This document shows positions 9,975 to 21,685 of a stretch of DNA of 64,000 nucleotides, one piece after another. The stretch spans positions 56,187 to 120,186 of the forward strand of contig OZ244621.1 in the NCBI GenBank assembly GCA_965218425.1, written 5' to 3'. The DNA comes from an uncultured Candidatus Binatia bacterium (GTDB taxonomy: Bacteria > Desulfobacterota > Binatia > UBA9968 > CAXXLF01). The stretch's first letter is position 1. Every line of letters begins with the position of its first letter. The position numbers and the translations under genes are program-made. The notes beneath the pieces are model-generated. The model was not told the DNA's origin. It saw only the letters and a list, made by a program, of their open reading frames with translations, and ran no database searches.

Positions 9975-11138
9975 CTAGTTCAAGAAACGCTCATCATAGG
10001 GGATCCCCGGCCTCAACAGTTCGGGCCCTCTTTGGCCAATGACGATGATCTCTTCCAGCTTCACGGCCTGAGTCGCACCCACCTCGCCCATATAACATTC
10101 CACCGCGATGAGCTGATTGGGTTCCAAAAAGGCGTCCGCCTGGGCCTTCTTCTTGGTGATGTGCGGATAACCCGAAGATCCCAATCCCATGCCATGGCCG
10201 ATATTGTAATTGTATAGCTGCGCCCTGTACTTCTCCGGGACCTGCGGCGCTTTTTCCAACACCTCGGCAAAAGAGCGACCGCACTGAAAGACATCAACGG
10301 CTCCCAGTAAATAATCGTAAGCGAGTTTATAGAGATCTCGCTGTTCGCTACTTGGCCGGTCACCCACGAAGAAGGTCCGCGACCCATCACCGCGCAAACC
10401 ATTAAAACCACGCCCATGGAGATCTATACCCACGAACTCTCCTTCTTTGAGCCGACGCTCGGTGGGCCAGCGGCGCCACGGATTCATGTTCTCTCCCGAG
10501 CATACATTGAGCTGCGCGATATCCTCTCCTCCGGCTTCATACCAAGCGGTCACCACCTTTGCCGCCAGTTCGTTCTCGCTAATGCCCGGACGAATCGCCT
10601 TACGAAACGCGTTCATGGTCTGGAAGTACTGTTCTCCAACGACACGATAGATGGCCAGCTCGTCCCGTGTCTTTACCGCCCCGGCGTGCTCAATCACGGG
10701 CTCTGCGTTGGCTAGACGGATTCCCGCCCCATGCAATGAGAGGATGAGGGAACTTGAAAGGCGGTCCACAGCCAGCACCTCCTTGGCCAGCCCGTACTTT
10801 TTCATAAGATCCATGATGGCCAGGCCGAAACGCTTGACCTCGTCAGGGTTGGAGCCGTCACGTGCGGCATCTCGCCGATAGAGAGGTTCCTGTACGTTAG
10901 CATGGTGCCTCTTAACGTATCCCACGTCCCGCCCCCGGATAAAGGCGAGCACCTCACCTTCCGCCGGCACAAAGAGCTCACCACCCGGCACCTTTTGATT
11001 GAGCAGATACCGTCCGGCTACGGTATTGTCGCACAGATACATGGCCCCGATGCCGCGCCGTTTCATCTGGGCCTGGGCTCGGACGAGACGGTCCCGCTTG
11101 AGTCGTTGGTCGTCCCACGTTCTAGTGACATCCATCAT
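9975..11138 (-). CDS. M24 (Xaa-Pro peptidase/creatinase fold) family protein
   Basis: VKT..E, ID....GD.SRT, GHG.GL, AVE, KLEE metal-ligand pattern; RBS AAGGAG before the ATG at 11138. Confidence 0.8.
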   Translation of the reverse strand: MMDVTRTWDDQRLKRDRLVRAQAQMKRRGIGAMYLCDNTVAGRYLLNQKVPGGELFVPAEGEVLAFIRGRDVGYVKRHHANVQEPLYRRDAARDGSNPDEVKRFGLAIMDLMKKYGLAKEVLAVDRLSSSLILSLHGAGIRLANAEPVIEHAGAVKTRDELAIYRVVGEQYFQTMNAFRKAIRPGISENELAAKVVTAWYEAGGEDIAQLNVCSGENMNPWRRWPTERRLKEGEFVGIDLHGRGFNGLRGDGSRTFFVGDRPSSEQRDLYKLAYDYLLGAVDVFQCGRSFAEVLEKAPQVPEKYRAQLYNYNIGHGMGLGSSGYPHITKKKAQADAFLEPNQLIAVECYMGEVGATQAVKLEEIIVIGQRGPELLRPGIPYDERFLN

Positions 11139-11230
11139 TGACGTTGTTTCTCCTTGTTGTGTCGAAATGGGGTGTCGGACCATGTGTGCTTTGCATGGAC
11201 TTCAAGGGATGTGAAGTGAGACCTGCGGAA

Positions 11231-11659
11231 TCAAGCCACCGGATCATTTAGACCCTCCAGGGCCTGGGCCACCCAAAATTGCAGGTCTTCCGGAGACGGT
11301 CCAGCAACTCCAACGCCGCCAATCAACTTCCCTTTGACAATCAAAGGGATGCCCCCCGGCCCCACCCAGAACTCGCCCGGATACATAGCCGACAGGCCGA
11401 TGATGTTGTAGTTGCCGGGATGGCCAGCGAATTGATCGCGTACGGACTGGGTGTTCTTTTTAAATGCCACTGCAGTCTTAGCCTTGGCAACCGCGACTTT
11501 TTCACCGAACCCGACCCTTTTCTCTCCTGTACGGGCGTAGGCCACAAGACTCCCCGCATCGTCAACCACGGCAATGGAAACATCCACCCCCGCCTCTTTA
11601 GCCTTGAGCTTGATCTTGCCGATACATTCTTCCGCGAAGGTTAAGGTCATTTTTGCCAT
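11231..11659 (-). CDS. GlcG/HbpS-family heme-binding protein
   Basis: VSIAVVDDAG, AKAKTA, GGIPL..G.LIGGVGVAG motifs. Confidence 0.85.
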   Translation of the reverse strand: MAKMTLTFAEECIGKIKLKAKEAGVDVSIAVVDDAGSLVAYARTGEKRVGFGEKVAVAKAKTAVAFKKNTQSVRDQFAGHPGNYNIIGLSAMYPGEFWVGPGGIPLIVKGKLIGGVGVAGPSPEDLQFWVAQALEGLNDPVA

Positions 11660-11756
11660 GGAAGCGCTCCATTGCCCATCAACGCAACAGTCTGCGGTGT
11701 TTCGAGGAGGTTACTCTATTAAAATGACCGGGTTATTTCAAGGCGCAGGTACGCGC

Positions 11757-12218
11757 CTAGATGGATTGAAATCGTTCTACACCGGCGCATATGTTGAAGC
11801 TGCTACCCCGCACGAATCCCAAGAGGATCATGTTGAAGTTGTTGGCTAGGTCCACCGCCAGGTTTGAAGGAGCGCTCACCGCTGCAACAACAGGGATACT
11901 TCCCATGAGGGCCTTTTGCATGATCTCAAAACTAGCCCTGCCGCTCACCATCAGTATAGAGTCGTGGAGGGGCAGTCTATTCTTGGTCAGTTGTTCCCCA
12001 ATCACCTTGTCCACGGCATTGTGCCTTCCCACGTCCTCGTAGAGAGTGATCAGGTTCCCGAATCCATCAAAGAGACCTGCTGCATGCAGGCCACCGGTTT
12101 GCTGAAATACCTCTTATGCGGGCTGGAGTCGTTCTGCCGCCAGTTTAGCAGTGGCACCGCACCCGAACCCTATTTCGGAAACCCTGAGACCGGTTCTTCC
12201 AAGCCTCCGATACTCCAC
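11757..12218 (-). pseudogene. Chimeric remnant: aldo/keto reductase N-terminus fused in frame to the C-terminal half of FdhD, with an internal TAA
   Basis: GGAGG then GTG at 12218 gives MEYRRLGRTGLRVSEIGFGCG... TAA at 12116-12114 is followed in the same frame by EVFQQTGGLHAAGLF...EDVGRHNAVDK...SGRASFEIMQKA...SAPSNLA (FdhD). Confidence 0.85.
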
Positions 12219-12301
12219 GATGGTTAACCTCCGAACATCGATGATGAATTCAGTCCTTGGGAGATGGTTATCTTAACTGTGTTATTTTCCTGGGATCAGG
12301 A

Positions 12302-13420
<1,119 letters not shown>

Positions 13421-13429
13421 TTAACTCCA

Positions 13430-13909
13430 TTAAACATCCAGTTCCACAATTTCAGGATCCATGGATTGGCCGTTGATCTGGAGCCGGGCAACGGCAACTG
13501 GAAGCTTGAACCGTCGTGGCCCGGCGCTACCCGGATTGAGAAACATGACTCCGTTGTGATGGGTAATCCAGGGTTGATGGGAGTGGCCACTGATTACGAC
13601 ACCAAACCTCGACTTTGCCGGGTCCAGGTCCAGCCTCTTGAGATCGTGGAGAACGTAGATGAGCATCCGGTCTAATTCAACGACTTCCGTTTGCTGAAAA
13701 TCCCGCGCCCAATCACCCTGATCGACGTTCCCCCGAATAGCCACCACAGGAGCAATGGATTGTAGTGTTTCGATTACCTCTCGTTTGCCGATGTCCCCGG
13801 CATGAATGACCAACTCCGCACCTTTCAGTGCCAGGAGAGCTTCAGGTCTTACCAGTCCATGGGTATCCGAGATCACTCCTATAAAGCGTTTTCCCATTTT
13901 TATAACCAT
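13430..13909 (-). CDS. YfcE/MJ0936-type metallophosphoesterase
   Basis: ISDTHG, HAGD, RGNVD, GHSH, NPGS motifs. Confidence 0.9.
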   Translation of the reverse strand: MVIKMGKRFIGVISDTHGLVRPEALLALKGAELVIHAGDIGKREVIETLQSIAPVVAIRGNVDQGDWARDFQQTEVVELDRMLIYVLHDLKRLDLDPAKSRFGVVISGHSHQPWITHHNGVMFLNPGSAGPRRFKLPVAVARLQINGQSMDPEIVELDV

Positions 13910-13955
13910 TAGTGGGTAGGCCTAACCCACCTGGGCATATCATTAGCTGGAGTGG

Positions 13956-15194
13956 TCAATCGTTGAGCATCTCAAGATGCTGTCTGAGGGCGTTTAGATT
14001 CGGCGCTATGGGCTTGATCTCCTCTTTGGGGTCCATGACAGCGGACGGTTGCTTGAGACCATGACCGGTGATGTTGCAAATGACCGTATCATTCTGACCT
14101 ATGGTTCCCTCTTGCCGCAGTCGCCGTGCTGCGGCCAACGAAATAGCCCCTGCGGGCTCCGCAAAAACGCCGGCAAAACGTCCCAAAAGTAACTGCGCTT
14201 CCAGGATTTCTTCGTCGCTGAAAGAAACGGCCGTTCCTTTGGATGCTCGAATAGCGTTCAGGGCACGCCACCCCATAGCACTGGGATTACCCACCTTGAT
14301 GCTCTCCGCCACGGTCTCCCCAACTGTAACCGGCTCGGTTTTCGTTTCGCCCTTTTCAAATGCGAGTGTGATGGGGGCGGCAGCCTGGCTTTGTGCAGCA
14401 ACGAGTCTCGGCAACCGATGGGCCCAACCGAGTCCGTTGAGCTCCTGATAGCCCTTCCAAATGGCATAGAGTCCCGTTCCTCCCGCGCTTGGATGGATGA
14501 TCCAATGGGGGACATGTTCGTCCATCTGATCAAAAAGCTCATAGGCATAGGATTTTTTACCCTCGTTGCGATAGGGGTTGGAGGATAAACAGTCATACCA
14601 GCCGAAGCATTCGATGGCGGCGCTGTAAAGATTTGCCCCATCATTGTCCAGGTCCCCGTCCAGGGAAACCACGGTGGCACCATAGGCCCGCGCCTGGGTG
14701 ATCTTAGCCGTGGATATGCCGTGGGGAACCATCACCACACAGTTCAGACCAGCGGCGGCGGCATAGGCCGCAACCGATGCGGCCGCATTTCCTGTGGAGA
14801 TGGCCACTGCGGTCTCGAAGCCAAGCTCCTTTGCTTTTGAGAGGCCTACAGCATTGCTCCGGTCCTTGAGGGAGCCCGTGGGTAGGACCGTATCGTTCTT
14901 TAGATAAAGGCGGCTCAATCCCAATTCTTGGGAAAGGCGCTTCGGTTTCAGCAGAGGCGTGTAGCCTTCCCCTAGAGAGACAATGCGCGTACGGCTCTGA
15001 ATGGGAAAAAAATCGAACCAGCGCCATAGGGTATGGTCCGTAGACTTGCGAATTTCTGTCAGGTGAGATCGAGTCAGATGGGATAAATCTACCATTACTT
15101 CGAGAACGGAGGAACAGGAGGGGCACTGGAAGGTGGTTTTCGATTTCGACTCTTCACCGCATTTCGGGCACTTTATCGTTTTAACTAGCCCCAT
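13956..15194 (-). CDS. thrC: Threonine synthase (PLP fold II)
   Basis: N-terminal Zn-ribbon; LGEGYTPL, PTGSLKDR, STGNAA, FAEPAGA, ITGHGLK motifs. Confidence 0.85.
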   Translation of the reverse strand: MGLVKTIKCPKCGEESKSKTTFQCPSCSSVLEVMVDLSHLTRSHLTEIRKSTDHTLWRWFDFFPIQSRTRIVSLGEGYTPLLKPKRLSQELGLSRLYLKNDTVLPTGSLKDRSNAVGLSKAKELGFETAVAISTGNAAASVAAYAAAAGLNCVVMVPHGISTAKITQARAYGATVVSLDGDLDNDGANLYSAAIECFGWYDCLSSNPYRNEGKKSYAYELFDQMDEHVPHWIIHPSAGGTGLYAIWKGYQELNGLGWAHRLPRLVAAQSQAAAPITLAFEKGETKTEPVTVGETVAESIKVGNPSAMGWRALNAIRASKGTAVSFSDEEILEAQLLLGRFAGVFAEPAGAISLAAARRLRQEGTIGQNDTVICNITGHGLKQPSAVMDPKEEIKPIAPNLNALRQHLEMLND

Positions 15195-15230
15195 GGTTCC
15201 CTTCCTTTGTCTCAGTCCACAGTTAAAAAT

Positions 15231-18137
15231 CTAAAATCGTCCCGGTTCTTGTTGCGCTAAGCTGTCCCAAAAGAGTTCCACTGGATGTCTGGCCTTGCGA
15301 CCCGTTAATTGATGGATTTGCTGGCGACAGGAGATCCCAGACGTCACGATCTCCGTTTCATTCCCCGCAGCCCGTACAGATGGCGCGAGCCGACGGTTGC
15401 CCATGGCAAGGGATAATTCGTAGTGCTCCTTTTCATAACCGAAGGAGCCTGCCATGCCGCAGCAGCCTGAGTCCACTTCCTGGACATCATATCCAGCCCA
15501 GCTGAGCATAGCAACCGTTTGTCGTGTACCTACCAATGCCTTTTGATGGCAGTGACCGTGGAGGAGGGCCTTGCGGTTGTTCTTCCGAAATTCAAAGGAC
15601 AGTCGACCCGCCTCCTGTTCGCGCAGGAGAAACTCTTCAAAGAGAAAGCTTTGACTTGCCACCTTCGTGGCGGCGTCACTGCGAAGTAAATCCGGATACT
15701 CATCCCGTAGGGTGAGCAAGCAGGAAGGCTCCAATCCCACGATGGGAACTCCCCTTTTTGCGTAACCTACGAGCCGCTCCACATTAATCCTTGCGTTTCT
15801 CTTGGCCTCATCGAGCATCCCCTTGGAAATGAGGGGCCGCCCGCAGCACTCCTTTTGGGGCAGCACCACCCGGTAGCCACCCCGCTCTAGGATTCGTATG
15901 GCATCCATGGCCACAGAAGGGGTATTGTACGTATTAAAGGTGTCATGAAAGAGGACCACCTCCCCCTTTGAGCCGTCTCCCACAGGAAACCTCCTGTGGA
16001 ACCAGTCGGTCAGGCTTTCATTTGCGAAGGGTGGCAAGGGACGTCTACGGTCAATTCCCATCAAGCGGTCCAGCAACCAACGGTGGACACGAGAATTGAG
16101 CAGCCGGTTTGAGATCGGCGCAAGACGGGCTCCCCAACGGTTGACCGTTTCGACCCTGCCGAACAACCGGTTACGCAGAGGCAGGCCATGGGCCTTATAG
16201 TGGTGGGATAAGACCTCATATTTCACCTTGGCCATATCCACGTTCGAGGGGCATTCCGCCTTGCATGCCTTGCACTCCAGGCAAAGATCCAGGATTTCAT
16301 TGAGACGTTTTCCCGCAAATTCTTCCTTAGGGAGCTTCCCTGCAAGCACGGCCCGAAGCGCATTAGCTCGTCCTCTGGTGGAATGCTCCTCATCTAAGGT
16401 TGCCATATAAGAGGGGCACATGGTCCCAGCCAGCTTCTTCCGGCACACACCCATGCCACTACACATCTCTATTGCCGCTGCAAAACCGCCCTGCTCACTG
16501 AAGTCGAGGGTTGTTTCCGGTTCCCAAATTTCCGTAGAAGGGCTCAGCCGAAGCGACTCCGACATTGGCGGGGCATCAACGATCTTTCCCGGGTTCATCA
16601 AACCCTTGGGATCAAATGCCCTTTTAATTCTACGGAATGCCTGATAGAGGTCAGGACCAAAGAGTTTTTCGTTGAAGTGGCTGCGCGCCAGGCCGTCGCC
16701 GTGCTCACCGGAAAGGGCCCCACCCGACGCCAGCACCAGATCCGAAATTTCACTGGCGATCTTGGTCATCTTAGCAATCTCACCCGGCTCCTTGAGATTG
16801 ATGAAGGGACGGATGTGAAGACACCCGACCGAGCAGTGACCGTAATAGCCGGCATTTACATCGTGGCTTTTGAGAATATCTCGAAATCCCTTCACAAAAT
16901 CCGGCAGCTTGGCAGGGTCAACGGCCGTGTCCTCCACAAAAGCAATGGGCTTTCTCTCCCCCTTCATTCCCAGCAAAAGGCCCAGACCGTCTTTACGTAG
17001 CCCCCAGATCCTCTGAACTTCCTCGGGTTCGAAGGCCTGAATAGAATCGTAACCCATACCCTGATGCCTTCGGAGAGTTTCCAGTTTTTCGATTTTCCCC
17101 TGTACTTCTCGCTCCGTGGACCCGTCATACTCCACAATCAGAATCGCATTGGGGTCTCCTTGAATGAATCCCATCCGCTTGGACTGAACCAGATTTCTTC
17201 TGGCTAAATCGAGAATCTGCCGGTCCAGTAGCTCAACGGCATAGGGTCCCGTCTCCACGACGGCGGGAGAAGCCTCCAGGGCTTCCCAAACCTCTCTGAA
17301 GTGAATGACATCCAAGGCCACGTGTTTGGGTTTACGGACGAGCCTTAACTTGGCTTCCACGACACATGTCAGCGTTCCCTCGGAGCCCACTACCAGACGT
17401 GAAAGGTTAAGGGGCTGAGGTTTCACGAATTCGTCCAGGTTATAACCAGACACTCGGCGCAAGATCTTAGGATAACGGGCAAGAATTTCCTCCCGATGAC
17501 CATCGACGATGTCTGCCAGTTCCCTGTAGATATGGCCTTCCGAGGTCTGGGATTGGCACTTGAGCGCCAAATCTTCAAGGGATAGCTCCTTCGTGACCAA
17601 CTCCCTGCCGTCTGGCAGATAGGCAACGAGTTCCAATACGTGGTCCAGGGTCTTTCCGTAGGCAATGGAGTGCATGCCAGCGGAGTTGTTGCCGGTCATG
17701 CCACCGATAGTGGCACGGTTGGAGGTTGAGGTGTCAGGGCCAAATAGGAGACCCATGGGCCTGACATAAGCATTTAACTCATCCTGAACCAGTCCCGGTT
17801 GAACCTTGCACCAAAGCTCGTCCGGGCTGACCTCCAGCACACGGTTCATATATTTGGAGAAATCAAGGACGATGGCATGCCCCACCGTTTGCCCGGCCAG
17901 AGAGGTCCCGCCCCCTCGCGGGAGGATGGGAACGCTGAATTTGTTTGCCACCTCGATAACGGCCTGAACATCGCCCTTGTCTCGCGGCAAAACCACGCCT
18001 ATGGGCTCGATCTCATACATGGAGGCGTCCGTGGCGTACAGCAGTCGGGAAATACGGTCAAAACGTACCTCTCCGTCTACTCGCTTGTGCAGTTCCAGGG
18101 CAATTTCCCGGTTGCCGTCTTTCCTGTTCGAATCCAT
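15231..18137 (-). CDS. FAD-binding plus 4Fe-4S plus CCG-domain oxidoreductase (YdiJ / GlcD-GlcF fusion type)
   Basis: PRGGGTSLAGQ, GSEGTL, GEHGDG, CLECKACKAECP, CCG motifs. Confidence 0.92.
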   Translation of the reverse strand: MDSNRKDGNREIALELHKRVDGEVRFDRISRLLYATDASMYEIEPIGVVLPRDKGDVQAVIEVANKFSVPILPRGGGTSLAGQTVGHAIVLDFSKYMNRVLEVSPDELWCKVQPGLVQDELNAYVRPMGLLFGPDTSTSNRATIGGMTGNNSAGMHSIAYGKTLDHVLELVAYLPDGRELVTKELSLEDLALKCQSQTSEGHIYRELADIVDGHREEILARYPKILRRVSGYNLDEFVKPQPLNLSRLVVGSEGTLTCVVEAKLRLVRKPKHVALDVIHFREVWEALEASPAVVETGPYAVELLDRQILDLARRNLVQSKRMGFIQGDPNAILIVEYDGSTEREVQGKIEKLETLRRHQGMGYDSIQAFEPEEVQRIWGLRKDGLGLLLGMKGERKPIAFVEDTAVDPAKLPDFVKGFRDILKSHDVNAGYYGHCSVGCLHIRPFINLKEPGEIAKMTKIASEISDLVLASGGALSGEHGDGLARSHFNEKLFGPDLYQAFRRIKRAFDPKGLMNPGKIVDAPPMSESLRLSPSTEIWEPETTLDFSEQGGFAAAIEMCSGMGVCRKKLAGTMCPSYMATLDEEHSTRGRANALRAVLAGKLPKEEFAGKRLNEILDLCLECKACKAECPSNVDMAKVKYEVLSHHYKAHGLPLRNRLFGRVETVNRWGARLAPISNRLLNSRVHRWLLDRLMGIDRRRPLPPFANESLTDWFHRRFPVGDGSKGEVVLFHDTFNTYNTPSVAMDAIRILERGGYRVVLPQKECCGRPLISKGMLDEAKRNARINVERLVGYAKRGVPIVGLEPSCLLTLRDEYPDLLRSDAATKVASQSFLFEEFLLREQEAGRLSFEFRKNNRKALLHGHCHQKALVGTRQTVAMLSWAGYDVQEVDSGCCGMAGSFGYEKEHYELSLAMGNRRLAPSVRAAGNETEIVTSGISCRQQIHQLTGRKARHPVELFWDSLAQQEPGRF

Positions 18138-18158
18138 GTTTAGCGCTTTTATATCATG
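17997..18158. repeat. Direct repeat copy 1 (5' end and upstream region of the FAD oxidoreductase gene)
   Basis: Collinear with 30000-30161 at offset 12003; 3 mismatches over the first ~83 nt, more diverged beyond. Confidence 0.9.
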
Positions 18159-18450
18159 CCCTACGGCAAATAGTTAAGTGAGTTTCCACAAGATTCTTTT
18201 CTTTGAAGTCCTTAAATCTTTCCTGTAGGTTCAGGTAACCAAGTTTAACTTTCAACGTCCAAATTGCTGGGAACCTGACCCCAAGTTGAAAAATAGTCGA
18301 AGTAGTGGCGACTATGGCCACTATGGGCTGGCTGCTGCTTGACAGTAAAGAGGGAATATGCTAACAGCCCGCTAGTGTGGAGCCATGGGCCTCGATGCTC
18401 GGATAAGAACTTATGAATAAATAGAACTTGTTAATAATAAGGAGGCATCT

Positions 18451-19623
18451 ATGAGACGGCGCCAAACGGTTCCAGCGATTGTTGTGGTTTTTTTCAGCAT
18501 TGCCTTGGCCCTGGGGGCTGTGGCCAGCGGGGGGGCCGCAGGTGTCCCCAAGACTGCCGGCGAACTGGCGCTCGAAGCGCTCGTCCAGCAGGCAAAACAG
18601 GAACCCAAGCGCGTCGTGTCGGGGATGACCGGGAGCGGTTGGCGCTTTTGGCCGGAACTCATGAGGCGCTTTAATGAACGGTTTGGGCTCGATAAAGAGT
18701 TGGCGCTTGCGCCGCCAGGGGTTTCGGAGAGCACCAAAATATCGCAAGCTAAGATGGTTGTAGCCGCGGGAGGGAAGCCAGAGTATGGGTGGTACACCAC
18801 CGGTAGTGCCCACCTGGCTGTCCTTATGAATGAGAATTTCTCGGTGCCAATAGAGAAATGGGAACTTTTACTTTCGGAGATCAATCCTTTGGTGAAGTCT
18901 GGTCAGGTGAGCGCCAGCAGCATTAGCCCACCATTCTACCGCGGACACGGATTTACCTTGAGCACCCGGAGCAAGGGATACTTGTACAATACCGACACGA
19001 TTACGCCAGACAAGATGCCGAGAAGCCTCCGTGAGTGGGCCGACCCGAAGTACGCAGGGCGGTATGCCTATCTGCCTTACACGACCCGATGGGAAGCGTA
19101 TGGCTTCAAATACCGAGATCGAAAGCAAGAGTACCTCGATATTGTGGACCGTATTGGGAAAGGGGTGCGAATCATCAGCAGGGCGAGTGATGAGCTGAAC
19201 ACCCGCTTGATAGCGGGAGAATTCGATTTCTATGGGACGAATGCATGGAGTTTAATCGACGTCAAGAAAGAACGGCCGGATGCGCCGGTAGGACTCTGGT
19301 TTTTCCCCGAGGAGCATAATGTGACAAGTGCGGTCATGATGTTCGTTCCAGTGAAGAGCACTACGCCCGCCACCGCAGCGCTCTTTATACTGTTCATGAC
19401 CACCCCCGAAGCACAGGAGCTGCGGTCTCAGGAGGTGCCGAATGTGCTCTATGGAACAACAGCCCCTGACCTGAAACTAAGGGCGGCGATGGAAGAAATC
19501 GGGGTTAAGCCATTCCTTTGGATAGAATCCGATGAAGCAAAGACGTTCCTCGCGTGGTACAAGACCAAGGAAGGAAAGGCGTTCCTTAAGGAGGTAAAGA
19601 AGCGAGTCCGGCAACGGAAGTGA
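18451..19623 (+). CDS. ABC transporter substrate-binding protein
   Basis: RBS AAGGAGG; signal peptide; YNT...P.S...ADPKYAGR; followed by permease and ATPase genes. Confidence 0.85.
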   Translation: MRRRQTVPAIVVVFFSIALALGAVASGGAAGVPKTAGELALEALVQQAKQEPKRVVSGMTGSGWRFWPELMRRFNERFGLDKELALAPPGVSESTKISQAKMVVAAGGKPEYGWYTTGSAHLAVLMNENFSVPIEKWELLLSEINPLVKSGQVSASSISPPFYRGHGFTLSTRSKGYLYNTDTITPDKMPRSLREWADPKYAGRYAYLPYTTRWEAYGFKYRDRKQEYLDIVDRIGKGVRIISRASDELNTRLIAGEFDFYGTNAWSLIDVKKERPDAPVGLWFFPEEHNVTSAVMMFVPVKSTTPATAALFILFMTTPEAQELRSQEVPNVLYGTTAPDLKLRAAMEEIGVKPFLWIESDEAKTFLAWYKTKEGKAFLKEVKKRVRQRK

Positions 19624-19827
19624 CCGATGGCCCATTGCCGGGATAGCCTGTTGAGGATTATAGAGCTCGCCGGACAACCCGAAAAATCGCACCTGGGTGC
19701 CAAGGGATTGGGGAGGTTGACTGCTCCCACCGCGGCGGTATAGCCCATGACGGAATGGATGAGGCCTAAGACAAGGGCTCCGGAAGGGCTGAAGTTGGGA
19801 AATAATTGGACTCATGGCTGATAGCGA

Positions 19828-21636
19828 ATGGCAAGCGTGGTAAACGGTCTTAGGGTTCAACGAATCAGGGCGACGCTCGGAAGGGGCGCTGAGAAATATT
19901 CGAAGCCGCACTACGTGCCCCTGGCTCTGGGAGGTCTTCCGCTTGTAGCTGTGGTCGTTTTGGGGGTGTTCGCGCTCTATATGAGCTTCGTTCCCCTCCT
20001 CCCCACGACCCTCGAGTGGACGCTGGACCACTGGAAGGGCGTCATTCGACCCTACATGATAACCCAAGTGCTACCGAACACCCTCATTGTCGGGTTCGGC
20101 ACGGTAACCCTGGCACTGTTCTTCGGAGCTCCTATCGCGTGGTTGCTCAATCGCACCACGATGCCTCTACGCACCTGGATGTTCGTGGGCATCGCAATCG
20201 CATTGATCATTCCGGGGTTCGTAAAATCAATGGGATGGGCAGTCCTCCTGAACGAGCGCATCGGCATCATAAACAGGATGCTCACGGCCGTCCCCGGCGT
20301 GGATACCATTCCCCTCTCAGTGGGCAACATCTGGGGAGTCGCATGGGTTCAGGGCCTGACGCTCACTCCTATGGTAGTTTTCCTAGTTTCCGGTCCCATG
20401 CGCCAACTTGATCCGGCGTTAGAGGAAGCAGCGGCCACCTCTGGTGTCAACCGCTTTGTGACTTTCCAACGCATTAGCCTACCGTTAGTCTTGCCGGCCA
20501 TTCTAGGAGCTGGCATCTATGTATTTATGACGGCCGTGTCCATCTTTGAGGTGCCGGCGATCCTGGTCGGACTGGGGGGGCAGGCCCCTGTGTTGGCGAC
20601 CGAGCTATTCTACGCAGTTCAAGGCGATGACGTGTTCGCAGAGCCGTCGTTCGGTTCCGCTGGTGTTTTTGCCGCCTTGATCATGGTACCCAGTTTGGTG
20701 GCTCTCTATTTTTATTTCAAAGTCATAAACCGGTCCTACCGGTATAGTGTGGTGACCGGCAAGGGCTATCGTCCTAGGCTGGTTGACCTGGGCCGATGGA
20801 CCTGGGCGGGCGTTGGCTTTGTTTCCCTTTACTTGACCTTGAACACCGGCCTCCCGTTTCTGGCTCTTCTGTGGAATTCTTTGGTTCCCTATCAGCTTCC
20901 CAGCTGGAGTGCTCTGGACAATATCTCATTCCAACACTATCACCCAGGGACGTTATTTACCCTGTTTGGCGGCTGGTCAGTGATCCGCAACACGATTGTC
21001 TTAATGGTGAGCGTGGGCGTCGGAGTGACGTTCTTTAGCGTGATGATTTCGTGGGTAGTGGTACGGACGAGGCTGCCCATCCGGCGGCCGTTGGATATGA
21101 TAGCCATGCTGCCGCATGCGATTCCGGGTCTGGCGTTTGCGTTTGCCCTGTTCGTGATTGCCTTGGTGCTGGATATCCGGATATCGTGGCTGTCGATCAG
21201 GGGCACGCTAGCGCTTCTTATTATCGCAAACCTACTTAGCCAACTTTCCTTCACAACACGGCTGACCAACGCGGGTCTGATTCAGGTGCACCGCGAGCTA
21301 GAGGAGGCAGCAAACGTCTGCGGGTGTGCAACGCTCAAGACCATCTGGACTGTCCTCATTCCGTTGATCCGGCCCACACTGGTGTTCGCCACCGCATATG
21401 TGGCCCTTCGCACTTTCCGCGAGTTAACCATGGCGCTGTTTCTCGCAAGCCCTGAGAGCCAGGTCGTTTCGGTGAAGGTCTTCCAAATGTGGACGGACGG
21501 ATCTCCAACTGAAGCCGCGACCGGTGGAGTGATGTTGATAGTTGTCATGTTACTCTTGGTGTTACTGGCGAATTTTGTCAGCCGTGGCCGCATTCTGGGA
21601 CGAGCAATGACCACCCGGCCCGAGGGGAGCATATGA
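19828..21636 (+). CDS. ABC transporter permease (FbpB/ThiP-like, duplicated domain)
   Basis: Many transmembrane segments and two LEEAA motifs. Confidence 0.92.
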   Translation: MASVVNGLRVQRIRATLGRGAEKYSKPHYVPLALGGLPLVAVVVLGVFALYMSFVPLLPTTLEWTLDHWKGVIRPYMITQVLPNTLIVGFGTVTLALFFGAPIAWLLNRTTMPLRTWMFVGIAIALIIPGFVKSMGWAVLLNERIGIINRMLTAVPGVDTIPLSVGNIWGVAWVQGLTLTPMVVFLVSGPMRQLDPALEEAAATSGVNRFVTFQRISLPLVLPAILGAGIYVFMTAVSIFEVPAILVGLGGQAPVLATELFYAVQGDDVFAEPSFGSAGVFAALIMVPSLVALYFYFKVINRSYRYSVVTGKGYRPRLVDLGRWTWAGVGFVSLYLTLNTGLPFLALLWNSLVPYQLPSWSALDNISFQHYHPGTLFTLFGGWSVIRNTIVLMVSVGVGVTFFSVMISWVVVRTRLPIRRPLDMIAMLPHAIPGLAFAFALFVIALVLDIRISWLSIRGTLALLIIANLLSQLSFTTRLTNAGLIQVHRELEEAANVCGCATLKTIWTVLIPLIRPTLVFATAYVALRTFRELTMALFLASPESQVVSVKVFQMWTDGSPTEAATGGVMLIVVMLLLVLLANFVSRGRILGRAMTTRPEGSI

Positions 21637-21685
21637 TCTGTCATTTCGTTCGAATTCGGGGAAGCTACCGCGGTAAGGACGAACC

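Noticed and set aside
18339-18367. TTGACA upstream of the island SBP gene as a sigma70 promoter
   Set aside because: No good -10 hexamer at 16-18 nt spacing.
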